Of a DNA stretch of 64,000 nucleotides, positions 28,693 through 40,500 are shown in pieces. The stretch comes from Verrucomicrobiales bacterium. Lineage in GTDB: Bacteria > Verrucomicrobiota > Verrucomicrobiia > Verrucomicrobiales > V1-33. How positions within the stretch are numbered: the first letter of the stretch is position 1; every line of letters begins with the position of its first letter. The stretch spans positions 1-64,000 of the forward strand of contig JANOAV010000124.1 of NCBI GenBank assembly GCA_031411295.1, in the 5' to 3' direction. Both the position numbers and the translations under genes were made by a program. Under the pieces are notes generated by a model. That model was given only the letters and a program-made list of their open reading frames with translations, was not told where the DNA came from and did no database searches.

Positions 28693-31011
28693 ATGACTCC
28701 TTCATCGCTCTTCCCTTATTGCCTCCTGCTGTGCTGCGCCCTCGGACTGGTCTCTTGTGACACCAAGAAGCCGGAAGCCAAGGTGAAGGCACGGCCGGAC
28801 GAAACCCCGGTCGTAAAAGAAATGAACCGATTGGCCTTGGTTCATTCCCCCTTTCTCAAGAGCCACGAGACCGATCCCGTGGACTGGTATCCCTGGGGCG
28901 AAGAGGCCTTCAAACGTGCCGTGGCCGAAAACAAGCCAGTCATGGTGTGCATCGGCTATAGCTCCTGTCCGTGGACGCTGAAAATGCAGCGGGAAACTTA
29001 CACGGACCCCAAAATCGCAGGCTACCTCAACCGACATTTCATTAATGTGTTGGTGGATCGCGAAGAGCGACCAGATCTCAACAACACCTACATGCGCTAC
29101 GCCTTCATCCGCAGCAATCAGAGCGGTTGGCCGCTGCATGTGTGGCTGACTCCCAAGGGGCTGCCGTGGCACACCGCGATCTATCTACCGCCGCTGACGA
29201 AAGAAGGAACGACCGGCTTCAAAACGACGATCGAACACGTCGTCAACGATTGGCAGGATCCAGCCTACGTGAATCGCGAAGCCGCTTTCCGTTTGGACGG
29301 AAGCAAGGACCAGAAAGCAGCGCTGACGGTGGACGGCCCCCGGGCCTTGAATGATCGCCTGGGGTATCGTCAGCAATTAGCCCGGATGCAAGTGGGCGAT
29401 GGGGCCTCCAAGTTGGACGCAGCGGCCTTCGACTTGGCCTACGATAAATTCAACGCGGCCTATGATCCGGCGTATGGCGGCTTCAGCGGAGCCCCCAAAT
29501 TCCACCAAGCGACGGTGATCGAATGGTTGATGGAATACGCTTCCGTGAAAAAGCGCTCGGCCTACGGGCGCTCCGACCGCGCCCGCGTGATGGCCACCAA
29601 CAGTTTGGAGAAGCTGGCCAACGGAGCGCTGCAGGACCAGTTGGGAGGCGGATTTCATCGCTATTGCGTCGATTCAGCCTGGACTGTGCCCCAATTCGAA
29701 AAAATGCTCTTCGATCAAGGTTATCTGGCCCAGGCCTTCCTGCATGCCGGAATGCTCACCAAGAAGTCTGAGTTCCTCGAAGTAGCGCGACGCACCTTGG
29801 ATTATGTCGAGGCGGAATTGAACAACCCAGCGGGTGGATTTTATTGCGCGGAGAATTGTTTCAGTTCGCTGGCGGTGGGGGAGTGGGAAGGGGCATATTA
29901 CCTGTGGACCAAGGCTGAGATCGATCAGCTAGTGGGGCCGGAACTGGCTCCCGTGATGGCTCAGATGTATGCGCTGACAGACAGCGGTAATTTGCCGGTG
30001 GAGCTGATGCAAATTCAGACTCAACGATTCCCCGGGCAAAATATTCTCCGTCTGGCCAAGCCGCTGGCAGAGGTGGCCAAAACGCTGAATCTGCCGTTGG
30101 AGAAAGTTTCCGCCATGGCGGCCGAGGGCAACGCCAAATTGCTCAACGCCCGCCGCATGCGACTGCGGCCGCTGCGTGATGAGAAAGTTCTGCCCGCTTG
30201 GAATGCAGTCATGATCTCCGCTTTCCTGGAAGGGGCCACGCAATTGGATCAGCCGAATTACTTGAAACGAGCCGTCAAAGCGGCCGAGTTCACCTACACC
30301 TCATTCCTCCATGCCGACTACACGCGGCCCCGGTTTGCCGAAGACTATGCGCTGCTGATCAAGGCCATGCTGGACTTCTATGAGACCACGGGCGAGGCCA
30401 CCTGGCTGGAGCGGGCCGTCACCCTGCAAGGTCGAATGGATAAGGAATTGTGGGATACCGCCGGAGGGGGCTACTGGGATGGTCCCACCGATCCGAACCT
30501 CTTCATCGCCATGAAATCAAGCGATGAAGCCAGTGAGTTCGCGCCCAACGCTACAGCAGCCGCCAATCTGGTTCGCTTGTCCCGTTTGTTGGGAGATGCT
30601 AGTTACCGGCAGCGGGCCGGCTCCACGCTCAATGCCTTTGCAGGCGAGACCACCGCCGCCCCGCCGAAAGGTGTCACCACTCCCGCGGGTCCCGCCACCC
30701 ACGTGCGCATGCTGGGCGCCTATGACCTCTACAGCCGCCCTGGCTGTCAGTTCCTGCTTTGCGGGAAACCAAGCGACCCCGCCATCCAAGCGTTCCAAGC
30801 CATCCTGCTGAAAAATTACCGCCCCAACTCTTACGTCCTTTACTTGGACGGCGGTCCCAGCGAGTCCCTGCTGAAAGCATCTAACAAAGAACTAAGCGCG
30901 CTGAAGCCCGAGGGTGACAAGCCCTTGCTCGTAGTGGCCAGAAATTTCAAATCAGAGAAGGTCCTCACCTCACCTGAGGAACTGAAGGCATTTTTGGCAG
31001 AGGAGTTTTGA
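28693..31011 (+). CDS. DUF255 thioredoxin-domain (YyaL/SPATA20-like) lipoprotein
   Basis: Lipobox [28 protein letters not shown]-like SGWP, GGGFHRY, PQFEKML; start may be 28675. Confidence 0.9.
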   Translation: MTPSSLFPYCLLLCCALGLVSCDTKKPEAKVKARPDETPVVKEMNRLALVHSPFLKSHETDPVDWYPWGEEAFKRAVAENKPVMVCIGYSSCPWTLKMQRETYTDPKIAGYLNRHFINVLVDREERPDLNNTYMRYAFIRSNQSGWPLHVWLTPKGLPWHTAIYLPPLTKEGTTGFKTTIEHVVNDWQDPAYVNREAAFRLDGSKDQKAALTVDGPRALNDRLGYRQQLARMQVGDGASKLDAAAFDLAYDKFNAAYDPAYGGFSGAPKFHQATVIEWLMEYASVKKRSAYGRSDRARVMATNSLEKLANGALQDQLGGGFHRYCVDSAWTVPQFEKMLFDQGYLAQAFLHAGMLTKKSEFLEVARRTLDYVEAELNNPAGGFYCAENCFSSLAVGEWEGAYYLWTKAEIDQLVGPELAPVMAQMYALTDSGNLPVELMQIQTQRFPGQNILRLAKPLAEVAKTLNLPLEKVSAMAAEGNAKLLNARRMRLRPLRDEKVLPAWNAVMISAFLEGATQLDQPNYLKRAVKAAEFTYTSFLHADYTRPRFAEDYALLIKAMLDFYETTGEATWLERAVTLQGRMDKELWDTAGGGYWDGPTDPNLFIAMKSSDEASEFAPNATAAANLVRLSRLLGDASYRQRAGSTLNAFAGETTAAPPKGVTTPAGPATHVRMLGAYDLYSRPGCQFLLCGKPSDPAIQAFQAILLKNYRPNSYVLYLDGGPSESLLKASNKELSALKPEGDKPLLVVARNFKSEKVLTSPEELKAFLAEEF

Positions 31012-31175
31012 TTCAGCTGCGAAGGCGGGCGTGCCCCTGTTGCTTGGCTGGGATAACGGTTGCGCGTTGTCACCTCGACCTAAATTGCCAAGCCCCTAAC
31101 ATCCACCTGATTCGATTTAACTTGTGACCGCCGTGAATTCCCGCTAGCTTTTTCAAAATCCGATCCACATCACTC

Positions 31176-31551
31176 ATGGAATTTTATTACACCGATCCTG
31201 CGGGACAAGCCGTCGGCCCTGTCAGTCAGGAACAGCTGCAAGCTCTGCTGCAAACTGGAGGCGGCAATCCCCGCCCCTCCTCGTGAGCGAGGTGAGGTGC
31301 CAGACAAAATCAAATGGCTGGCTCACATCATGTTGATCACTTCAGCCATCTCCACTTTTGCGACCATTGGCATGATTGTCATGTTGATTTGGTTTGGAGC
31401 GTCCTCCAAGCGCTTGGTCCGTTTCCCCACCTATGAACAACTTCACCTCGTGGCAAAACGGCAGCGTGGGCTGTGGATCTGCATCGGGATGTATTGCTTG
31501 TGCACCCTCATCTCCCTAGCTTTCTTTGCGATCGGCACGCTGCGAGTGTGA
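31176..31551 (+). pseudogene. GYF_2/DUF4339-like membrane protein, frameshifted or internally deleted
   Basis: MEFYYTDPAGQAVGPVSQEQLQALLQTG stops at 31286; the +1 frame continues AAIPAPPRERGEVPDKIKW into two hydrophobic helices. Confidence 0.6.
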
Positions 31552-31606
31552 TGTCGCTCACGCAGCGTTGAAATCTGGTTGGAACCCCTTGGCTAGGGCG
31601 GGTTTT

Positions 31607-32632
31607 TCAATTTGCTCCTGAGGAGGTTGGGGCTTCCTCCAGCATTTTCCTGGCTTCGGCCATTTGGTCTTTCGTGAGAATTTCCTTGAGGGCATCGCGT
31701 TTGCTGGCGGCTTCAGGAATGGCGAGGGCGGCCCGGGCGTAGTTTACGTAGGCGTAAACGGGGTTCTTGCTGGTGCTGAGACCTTCTTCGAAGAGGTGGG
31801 CCAACCCCATTTGCGCAATGGGGAAATTGAGTTTCGCTGCGCGAGCGTAGGCGGCTCCGGCATTAGCGTAACTCTGTGGGATGCCGACGCCATTTTCATA
31901 GCACAAGGCTAGGTTGACCATGGCGGGGAGGTTGCCCAGATCGGCGGCGGCATGATAGTAGCCGACAGCCGCAATTTGGTCCCGCTCCACCCCGCGTCCA
32001 TTTTGCAGGCACACGGCGGCTTCATTGAGCGCCAGCGGGAAACCGAGCTTGGCAGATTTGGAGACTAACTTCCAACCCGCCTGAGGATCCACCGGCACCC
32101 CCTGGCCGCTGAAATGCAGCATGCCCAAGCGGCAGAGGGCTTCGGGTTCATTTTGCTCGGCTGCTTTCTTCAGCCATTCCACTGGAGCGGAGAAACTAAC
32201 GTCACGCGCTTTGAGATCCACTTCGCCTAACAGCATCAGACCGTAAGCGGTCTGAGCGAGCGCAGAACCGCTTTCGGCCGCTTGTTGGACGACGAATTTA
32301 GCGCGCTCTGGATCCGGTTTGCGGCCGGGGGTATCGCTGAGGAGAAATCGAGCGAACGCTAATTGAGCGGGCACGTGGCCGGCATCGGCTGATTTCTCTA
32401 ACAGACTGGCAGCCTCTTCGAGTTTACCCATTTTCGCTCCGCCGGAGAAAATCAACGTTGCTAGGGAAAACTGCGCAGCGGCATCGCCTTTGTCGGCTAG
32501 CTTGCGGAGTTCGGCTGCATCGGGAGCTTTGACGGGTTCTGCTGCTGGCTTGGGTTCGGCGTGACAGGTGATGGTTAGCAGAAGCAGCGCCAGAGTGCTG
32601 GGGCGGAGGAATTTTAGGACGGGAGGATTCAT
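31607..32632 (-). CDS. Sel1-repeat secreted protein
   Basis: Signal peptide; repeated A..G...AQ..L....G.GV..D...A..W...AA units. Confidence 0.9.
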   Translation of the reverse strand: MNPPVLKFLRPSTLALLLLTITCHAEPKPAAEPVKAPDAAELRKLADKGDAAAQFSLATLIFSGGAKMGKLEEAASLLEKSADAGHVPAQLAFARFLLSDTPGRKPDPERAKFVVQQAAESGSALAQTAYGLMLLGEVDLKARDVSFSAPVEWLKKAAEQNEPEALCRLGMLHFSGQGVPVDPQAGWKLVSKSAKLGFPLALNEAAVCLQNGRGVERDQIAAVGYYHAAADLGNLPAMVNLALCYENGVGIPQSYANAGAAYARAAKLNFPIAQMGLAHLFEEGLSTSKNPVYAYVNYARAALAIPEAASKRDALKEILTKDQMAEARKMLEEAPTSSGAN

Positions 32633-32734
32633 TGGTAACGAAGGGATGCGGGGGTGTGGGCTTGGGCTGGTTGACAGGTGGATGGAAAAGTTGCTTCTTT
32701 CAAGTTTACTTCTTTCATATTTGACCCGGGAACT

Positions 32735-32859
32735 GTAGGGGGGAGCGGCCTCACTCCCCTCTCTGTAAAGGGAGCGCCCCCGCTCCCAAGAGGCAGCGGC
32801 GGGGCAGCCGGGGACGAGGGCGTCCCTGAAACTATTGGGAGCGAGGGCACTCCCTCTAC
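32735..32859. repeat. GTAG-type REP/REPIN-like composite element, copy 2
   Basis: Shares GGGGACGAGGGCGTCCCyGAAAC and AGGGCrCTCCCTCTACGCT with the 13602-13688 element; GTAG...CTAC ends. Confidence 0.75.
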
Positions 32860-32994
32860 GCTAGGTGTTATAAAACATACCCTAACCACAACTGCGATTA
32901 ATTCCTTGGCAACGAGGGAAGCTGGCGCTATGCTTCTAGGGGCGATGTTTTGAATGTATATCTCCCTGTCAGTGCGCGCCCCCAATCGAAAACC

Positions 32995-35529
32995 ATGACT
33001 AACTCACCTGCCCTGGCTGACACGCGAGAACCCGATGGGGATACCCCTAGGATCAGGGAGTTGCAGGCTCGCATCCGTGAACTGGAATCGGCTATGGCCG
33101 CAGGCCAGGAAATGGCCTTGGCCTTGTCTCTAAGCGAGGAACGCTATGCGTTGGCCGTGAGGGGAAGCAATGATGGTATCTGGGATTGGGATATCCCGAG
33201 CAACAACGTGGCGTTCTCCCCGCGGTTCAAAGAATTGCTTGGTTACGAGCCTGATGAGTTCGCAGATCGGTTTGATGCGTTTTCCACGCGGCTGCACCCG
33301 GAGGACTTCGACGCCACCATGGCGGCGGTAAAAGCGCACCTGGAGCAGGGGTATCCTTATGATGTGGAATACCGGTTGCGCCACCGGGATGGTGACTTCC
33401 GCTGGTTCAGGGCCCGGGGTCTGGCAATCCGTGATAAGGAGGGAAAGGCTTTGCGGATGGCGGGATCCATCACGGATGTGACCGAAGGCAAGGCGGCGGC
33501 GGAAAAGATCAAAGCGATCTCCGACCGGCTCGTGGTGGCAACCCAGGCGGGGGCCATTGGGATTTGGGATTTCGATGTGATCAACAACGGACTGATCTGG
33601 GATGAGCGGATGTATCAGATGTATGGAATTAGCGCAGATGCTTTTTCCGGGGCCTATGAGGCATGGGAGTCGGGGCTGCACCCTGCGGACCTGCCGCAGG
33701 AACGGGAGAAAATTCAAAGGGCTCTGCGTGGTGAGGGGGAGTTCAACACAGAGTTCCGTGTGGTCTGGCCGGACAGCTCGGTGCATTTTATCAAGGCAAA
33801 CGCTATCGTGCAACGCGACGCCACGGGCCAGCCAGTCCGCATGATCGGCACGAACTGGGACATCACGGAACGAAAGCTAGCCGAAGATGAACTTCGGCAG
33901 GCCAAGCAAAATGCGGAATCGGCGGCTCGGGCCAAGAGTGAGTTTCTGGCGAACATGAGCCATGAGATTCGCACTCCCATGAATGGCATTATGGGGATGA
34001 CCGAACTGCTGCTGGATTCGGAACTGAATCCTACGCAGCGGGAGTTTTTGATGATTGTGAAAAATTCCTCAGAATCACTGCTGGGTGTTATCAATGATAT
34101 TTTGGATTTTTCAAAGATTGAAGCAGGAAGACTGGCACTGGACCGCTATCCATTTCATTTGCGAGACGGGGTGGGAGATACGCTGCACTCGCTCTCGGTG
34201 CGCGCCACGGAGAAGGGGGTCGAATTGGCCTACAGAATAGACCCGTTGGTTCCGGACTATCTGGCAGGGGACTTCAAGCGGCTTCAGCAGGTGTTGGTGA
34301 ATCTGGTCGGAAATGCCATCAAGTTTACGAAGAATGGGGAGGTGGTAGTGTCCGTCGGAATAGAGTCCCGGACGGTGGATGGGGTTTCGTTGCATTTCCA
34401 AGTGAAGGACACCGGCATTGGAATTCCCGTGGAGAAACTCAGTGTGATCTTTGACTCCTTCACCCAAGCAGAATCCTCTACGTCCCGCCGGTTCGGGGGC
34501 ACCGGACTGGGTCTGGCCATTGCCCGGCAGTTGATCGCCCTGATGAAAGGCAGGCTGTGGGTGGAGAGCAAGCCGGACGTGGGCAGCACCTTTCATTTTA
34601 CCGTGCTCTTGGGACTCGAGACGATCCCGGATGCCATGAAACACTCCATCCCCGACGGCCTGGCAGGGTTACGCGTGCTGGTCGTGGATGACCACCTTAC
34701 CAACCGCACGATTCTCGAGGAAATGCTTTTGAGTTGGGAGATGTCACCGACCATGGCGGAGAGCGGAGCAGAGGCTCTGCGGTTGATTTCTGGTGATTCG
34801 GAGCCCCATCAGTTTGATTTGATCGTGCTGGATTATATGATGCCGGACATGGATGGCGTGCGGACGGCGGAAGCGATCCAACGCGGTCTTGGTGCTAAGA
34901 CGCCTCCCATCATTCTCCTTTCCTCCGCAGGTGCCTTCCATGAGCCAGAGAGCCGCCTGCATGAGATCGGAATCACGCGTCGGATCACCAAACCAGCGAA
35001 GTCCTCTGATCTGCTTGACGCAATCACTCAAATCATGGGAAGCGCCAGCCGCGACACCAAAGCCGTTGCTGTGAGCATCTCGAAAAGACCGCCAGAGGTT
35101 CCAAGGATGCGAGTTCTGCTTGCGGAGGACGGTCGCGTCAACCAAATGGTGGCGACGAACCTGCTGGAAAATCGAGGCCATCAGGTGACCCTAGCTGAAA
35201 ATGGCAAGTTGGCGTTCGCATTGGTGCAGGAGCAGAAATTTGATGTGGTGCTGATGGATGTGCAAATGCCGGAAATGAATGGCTATGAGGCCACCTCGGC
35301 CATCAGGAAATGGGAGGCCGCTCACGGCGGTCATTTACCCATCATCGCCATGACGGCAAATGCCATGCGGGGTGACCGGGAACAATGTCTGGCCGCCGGG
35401 ATGGACGACTACATCGCCAAGCCGGTCAGATCCGCTGAATTATTTTCCGCCCTGGAGAAGTTCGCCAGCGTTCCGGGAGAGGATCAGGAAACTGCGGGCG
35501 GAGATGTGGCGGAAGCATCAGACGTGTGA
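32995..35529 (+). CDS. Cytoplasmic hybrid histidine kinase (PAS-PAS-HisKA-HATPase-REC-REC)
   Basis: Two GIWD..HP.D PAS_3-like domains; FLANMSHEIRTPMNG; NLVGNAIKFT; GGTGLGL; two receiver domains; no TM segment. Confidence 0.95.
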   Translation: MTNSPALADTREPDGDTPRIRELQARIRELESAMAAGQEMALALSLSEERYALAVRGSNDGIWDWDIPSNNVAFSPRFKELLGYEPDEFADRFDAFSTRLHPEDFDATMAAVKAHLEQGYPYDVEYRLRHRDGDFRWFRARGLAIRDKEGKALRMAGSITDVTEGKAAAEKIKAISDRLVVATQAGAIGIWDFDVINNGLIWDERMYQMYGISADAFSGAYEAWESGLHPADLPQEREKIQRALRGEGEFNTEFRVVWPDSSVHFIKANAIVQRDATGQPVRMIGTNWDITERKLAEDELRQAKQNAESAARAKSEFLANMSHEIRTPMNGIMGMTELLLDSELNPTQREFLMIVKNSSESLLGVINDILDFSKIEAGRLALDRYPFHLRDGVGDTLHSLSVRATEKGVELAYRIDPLVPDYLAGDFKRLQQVLVNLVGNAIKFTKNGEVVVSVGIESRTVDGVSLHFQVKDTGIGIPVEKLSVIFDSFTQAESSTSRRFGGTGLGLAIARQLIALMKGRLWVESKPDVGSTFHFTVLLGLETIPDAMKHSIPDGLAGLRVLVVDDHLTNRTILEEMLLSWEMSPTMAESGAEALRLISGDSEPHQFDLIVLDYMMPDMDGVRTAEAIQRGLGAKTPPIILLSSAGAFHEPESRLHEIGITRRITKPAKSSDLLDAITQIMGSASRDTKAVAVSISKRPPEVPRMRVLLAEDGRVNQMVATNLLENRGHQVTLAENGKLAFALVQEQKFDVVLMDVQMPEMNGYEATSAIRKWEAAHGGHLPIIAMTANAMRGDREQCLAAGMDDYIAKPVRSAELFSALEKFASVPGEDQETAGGDVAEASDV

Positions 35530-35546
35530 TCCCTAACAATGTAGTA

Positions 35547-36872
35547 TTAAAGATATTCCACCATGCCATCATGCCCGTGGACCACCTGGGTGGGGCATCC
35601 GATATCCTGCAAGATCTGTCTGGTAAGCGTTAGCTTGTTGTCAAGATAGGCGTCGTCATGGGCTGGGTCGTGATGAATCACCGTCCATTGCTTGACTCCG
35701 GTCAACTTGGCCAGCACGCAGGCATTCGCGAGGTTGGAGTGGCCCCAGCCAATCTTTCTGCTATATTCATCAGACAGATACTGCGCCTCGTGCAACAACA
35801 GGTCGGCTCCACTGATGAACTCGACGACTGGTTCTTGGGGGATGACAATCTCGCTGTTCCGTGAAATTCGTTGGGGTGAACCAAGATATCCGTGAAGAAA
35901 TTCGTTGTCCGGCGCATAAACAATCGTGCGGCCATGGTGCTCGATCTTGAAGGCGACGGTGGCCCCTGGGTGATGGGTGAATTCGTGCGTGACCTTGATG
36001 TCGCCAATCACGACCGGATCGTCATCGAGGAAACGAAAATTGACCTTGGCTGCAAGCTTAGACCGTTGAATGGGGAAATAATCCCGATCGAGTTGCCCGC
36101 TGAGGAGCGATTCATGATTCTTTCCAAACCCCCGTTCCCCATAGATTGTAATTTCAAAATTAGGAAGGTAGATCGGGGTGAAGAAAGGAAAACCCTGAAT
36201 GTGATCCCAGTGAGTGTGGGTGATAAACAGATGCAGATGCCGTGGACCATGGGCCGCTAGCGCATCCCCAGCGTCCTTGATCCCGGAACCGGCATCGAAG
36301 ATGAGGTGATCATTACCGCAGGCGTATTCCATGCAGGAGGTATTGCCACCATGACGCAGGAAACGCGCCCCGGACACCGGGATGGACCCGCGGGTGCCCC
36401 AGAGGATAATGCGGGAGCGATTCACGTCCACCTTAGGGGCAAATATTGCCGTGGGTGCAGTAGGAAGATGGCTCAAGGGCGCTTTGGCAATTTCCCGGTT
36501 GAAGCAACGATCCACCGTTTCTGCCAGCGCATGTTGATCGAACGGCTTAATGATAACTCCGACCACCCCCAGTTCATGGACCTGCTCCATGTCCGCGCTG
36601 AAATCATTTGCAGTGCAGACAATGACCGCGAGATCTTGCGTGGCCGGATCCTCGCGCAACCGTTTCAGCACTTCGATACCATTGAGCCGAGGCATCATGA
36701 GATCCAGAATGAGCAGGTCCGGCCTTTGCACGCCGATCCGCTCCAGGCATTCCTCTCCATCCCGGGCGATCTCCACCTCGTAGCCCCGCCCTTGCAGCAC
36801 ATGCGAGATGCGCATGGAAATGGCGCGAACGTCTTCCGCAACGAGGATCCGGGGATGGAGTAAACCTGCCAT
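35547..36872 (-). CDS. Response regulator with metallo-beta-lactamase-fold output domain
   Basis: REC (ILDLMMP, KPF); WGTRGSIP, GGNTSC, DAGSG, THTHWDH, GWGHS, HHDP. Confidence 0.9.
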   Translation of the reverse strand: MAGLLHPRILVAEDVRAISMRISHVLQGRGYEVEIARDGEECLERIGVQRPDLLILDLMMPRLNGIEVLKRLREDPATQDLAVIVCTANDFSADMEQVHELGVVGVIIKPFDQHALAETVDRCFNREIAKAPLSHLPTAPTAIFAPKVDVNRSRIILWGTRGSIPVSGARFLRHGGNTSCMEYACGNDHLIFDAGSGIKDAGDALAAHGPRHLHLFITHTHWDHIQGFPFFTPIYLPNFEITIYGERGFGKNHESLLSGQLDRDYFPIQRSKLAAKVNFRFLDDDPVVIGDIKVTHEFTHHPGATVAFKIEHHGRTIVYAPDNEFLHGYLGSPQRISRNSEIVIPQEPVVEFISGADLLLHEAQYLSDEYSRKIGWGHSNLANACVLAKLTGVKQWTVIHHDPAHDDAYLDNKLTLTRQILQDIGCPTQVVHGHDGMVEYL

Positions 36873-36883
36873 GTTAGCGGTGG

Positions 36884-37300
36884 TTAAAGCCGTTTGAGGA
36901 AATGCTGGAGTGCCAAACTGAGCAGGGAAAATTCCTCGACTGTCCGTGGCAGCAATTCAGCAGCCCGGTCAAGGTTTTCTGAACGGGCGCTCTCAGTGAG
37001 GAGGGAGACCGCCGCCAGGGCGGGTGCTGCGGAATAATTGCCCACCATTCCCTTGAGTGCATGCGCGGCCCGGTGCAGCGAGCTTGCATCCTGCTGAGCC
37101 AGCGCTCGACAAGCCTCGGACAGCAGCGTCTGGGAATCCTCCATGAAGACGCCCACTAACTCCCGCATCAAGGACACATCCTCCATCTCAGCCCTGAATT
37201 GATCCTCGTCGAAAGGGATGGCGCGCCTTTGGGTAATAAGATCAAATGGCGGGGGGCCCTGCTTTTTGTGGGACAGCAAATCTGTTTCTAAGTGGGACAT
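36884..37300 (-). CDS. Hpt phosphotransfer protein
   Basis: LHRAAHALKGMVGNYSA Hpt motif; start codon uncertain. Confidence 0.85.
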   Translation of the reverse strand: MSHLETDLLSHKKQGPPPFDLITQRRAIPFDEDQFRAEMEDVSLMRELVGVFMEDSQTLLSEACRALAQQDASSLHRAAHALKGMVGNYSAAPALAAVSLLTESARSENLDRAAELLPRTVEEFSLLSLALQHFLKRL

Positions 37301-37551
37301 ATTGAAGAATGGGAAAAGCCACTGAGCAAACATACTCCCTGAAACTGTCTCTGCGAGCAGTATTTTACTTGGGCAACACGAGTGGACAGGGCGGACCGGG
37401 TGGATTTTTTCAAGGGGTAAGTTTTGGATTGTCAACAGATCGTCTGGTGGTGATGCGCAGCAGTCGGTTTGGCCTGCTGGCCTCCATTTCAAGCGGCAGG
37501 GAACCTTCGGCAGGGCACTTCCGGCTGAGTTTGGGGTGACGGCCCAGGCTG

Positions 37552-40500
37552 CTATTGTTTTTGCAGGACGACGGTGGAGGCGGAGTTGCGAGTAACGACG
37601 ATGTCCTGTTTGCCATCGCCATTGATGTCCTGCACGGCCACGGCTTTCATATCACCCAGGATGTTGATGCCACTGGCGAGGGGAGCCATCGGCACCATGC
37701 CGCCCTGGCCATCATTTTTGAGCAACATGCCCACGCCGTTGTCGTAGCGGGAAGTTTCGATTTGTGGTCCGTAGAGCCAGTTTTGGGCCAGGAAGAGATC
37801 CACCTTGCCATCACTTGTGAAGTCGGCCGCGGCAATGCCGAAGACCACGGCATTTTGAGCTTCCCGCATGAAGGGAGCCCAGGTGAACTTGCCTTTGCCG
37901 TCATTCATCCAAGCTCCGTGGCGGAATTCATTGGCTTCGTATTTTTCCGCGGACTTGAGTTTATCGTCGGTGTAAACTTCCGTCAGGCTGGCGACAGCGA
38001 ATCCTTTGAACGTATCAAATTTCTTCTTAATGAACGGCATGGCCGTGCTGGAGCAACTACGGCCACGTTCGGGATAGAGAAACTCACCGTGATCGTTTTT
38101 CTCGCGCTTCACTTCGACCACGTTCCACGTCTGCGAATCATCGAACACGCCGTAATAGGTCAGTTGCGGGTGCTCGGCATCGGGCGTCTTGTATTTCGTG
38201 TTCAGGCCGATGTTACTGGCCACCAGATCCATTTTCCCATCGCCATTGAGATCTGCTGGCACCACGGCGTGCCACCAACCCACCACCGCTGAGAGGCCGG
38301 CGGCCTTGGTGCCATCTTGCAGCGAACCCTTGTCATTGATAAACAATTTGATGGGCCCCCACTCGCAAGCCAAGGCCAAGTCCATCCAGCCATCGCCATT
38401 CACATCCACCGCCGTGGCTCCGCTGACGAGGCCGACCTTGGCTAGCCCATCGGACTTATCAGTGATATCTTCAAACTTCACGGTCCCCTTGGCGGAAACA
38501 TTGCGAAGCAGTCGGCTGCGATCGCTGTGCGGCCAGTCTTGGGCTTTGCAGCGTGCGCCGATGAATAAGTCCACTTTGCCATCCTTATCGAAATCTTCCG
38601 CCACCACGGCACCTGCGAAGACGTTGATGACAGGGAAACCAGTGGCGGTGGTGAAACTCCCTTTGCCATCATTGAGGTAAAGGCGCGCGCGCTGCTCCTT
38701 GGCATCTGCGGGGAATTCATTCGTGCCACTAACGACACACAGGTCGAGGTCCTTGTCGCCATCGACATCGAAGAACACTGCGCCACTGTCTTCGCAATCC
38801 TTGTCGGCCCGGAATGGTTCATTCCATTTGGCCACAAAGCCGCCTTTGCCATCGGCCAGACGGAGTTGGGGCAATTCGCCAGCGCTGCCGCCGAAATACA
38901 CGTCCGCTTTGCCATCGCCATTCACATCGCCCCAAGCCATGCAGGGGCCCAGTTGACTGTAGCTGTGAGGCAGGAGCACGTGGCGTTGGAAGTCCGCTTC
39001 CCAGCCGGTGTCCTTAACTTTCAGCATGGCCAGCGCCTGGCTTTCTTTGAAGAGCGGAGCAGGCACGGGCACATCGGGCGTGCGGGGGTCCAGCTTGGCG
39101 GGGCGGTCCACTGTCAGTCGTTGGTCAGCCTTCACATTCGTCAGCACGTGCTCGCCACCGTCTTTGCCGGGCCAGCGGATTTTTAGTTCGGCAACTTCCG
39201 TTTCCGCGCCCAAGCCAAAGTGAGCCACGGGTTCATTGTAGGAATGGTATCCTGTCTGGGGGCTCAGGTAACGCAACTGCTGGCCAGCCTTGGTCTTCAC
39301 CACGATTTCCGCCCCGATGGCATGCGGGTTGCCTCGGCTGCCTTTAAGCTCCACCACCAGTGAATGGCCGCCCTTGAGATCGTTGCGCCAGATGGCATTG
39401 GGTTCTTCCAAATTGACCGTCACCAAATCCAAATCGCCATCGCCATCCAAGTCTGCATAAGCCGCGCCATAACTCACGCCGACGTGACCGAGGCCCCAGG
39501 CATCGCTGATCTCTTCGAACTTGGCGTGACCGGAATTGCGGAAGACGCGGTTCTTTTCTTTGCGCATTTCGCCATTTTTCCAGAACTCGAACATGTGTTT
39601 TCCCAGCAGTTCTTCGGGTTCGATCTTGATGTCGCTATCATTCATGTGCCGGCTGATGCCATTGGTGAAATAGACATCCTGCCAGCCATCGTTATCGAAA
39701 TCCGCAAATTTCACGGCCCATGTCCAATCCGTGCTGGAGACTCCATAGAGCCGTGCGCCCTCGCTGAAGCGCTCCGTGCCGGTGCCAATGAGCAGGGTGT
39801 TCTGCATCTGCTGCTGGGGCGTGGAGTGATAGACTCGCTTGTTATCAAGCCCGCCCATGACGCCCATCGTAGTCTTGCTCTTGAAATGACTGGTGGCACT
39901 CATGTCCGCTACCAGCAGATCCGGCCAGAGATCGTTATTCACATCGCCTTGGTCGCAACCCATGCTGAACCAAGGCGTGTGGGGCGCAGCGTCGGCAATG
40001 ACATTGGTAAAGGTGCCGTCGCCATTGTTCTTGTAAAGTTTATCCGCACTGATGAAATCGTTCCCGACATAGAGATCCGGCCAGCCATCGCGATTGTAAT
40101 CCCACCACGTCACGCTGAGTCCATCGCCCCGTCCCTCGATCCCAGCGGACTTGGTAACGTCAGTAAATTTTACCTCGCCATTCTTGCTGTCATTGCGGAA
40201 GAGGAAATCTGGCGTGCCCGTGGCCTCAGCTCCCCAGTGATCAAAATCATAGCGCCACATGCTGTAATATTTTTGAAACTCCGCCTTCACCACGGGCACT
40301 CCTCCCGGTCCAGGTTCCGTGAGTTTCGACATGTCGTTCTGCGAACCGGCGGGATCCTCAATACGATTCGTTAGCACGTAGAGATCCAAATCGCCATCGC
40401 CATCATAGTCGGCAAACGCCGCGCTGTGGGAACAGTCGATCACGCCCAGGCCACAGGAGTCCGGCACCAACGTAAATTTGATCGCCCCATCCGAGCCGGT

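Noticed and set aside
32629..32985. Short ORFs on both strands between the Sel1 and kinase genes
   Set aside because: They span the repeat element and promoter region; low-complexity translations
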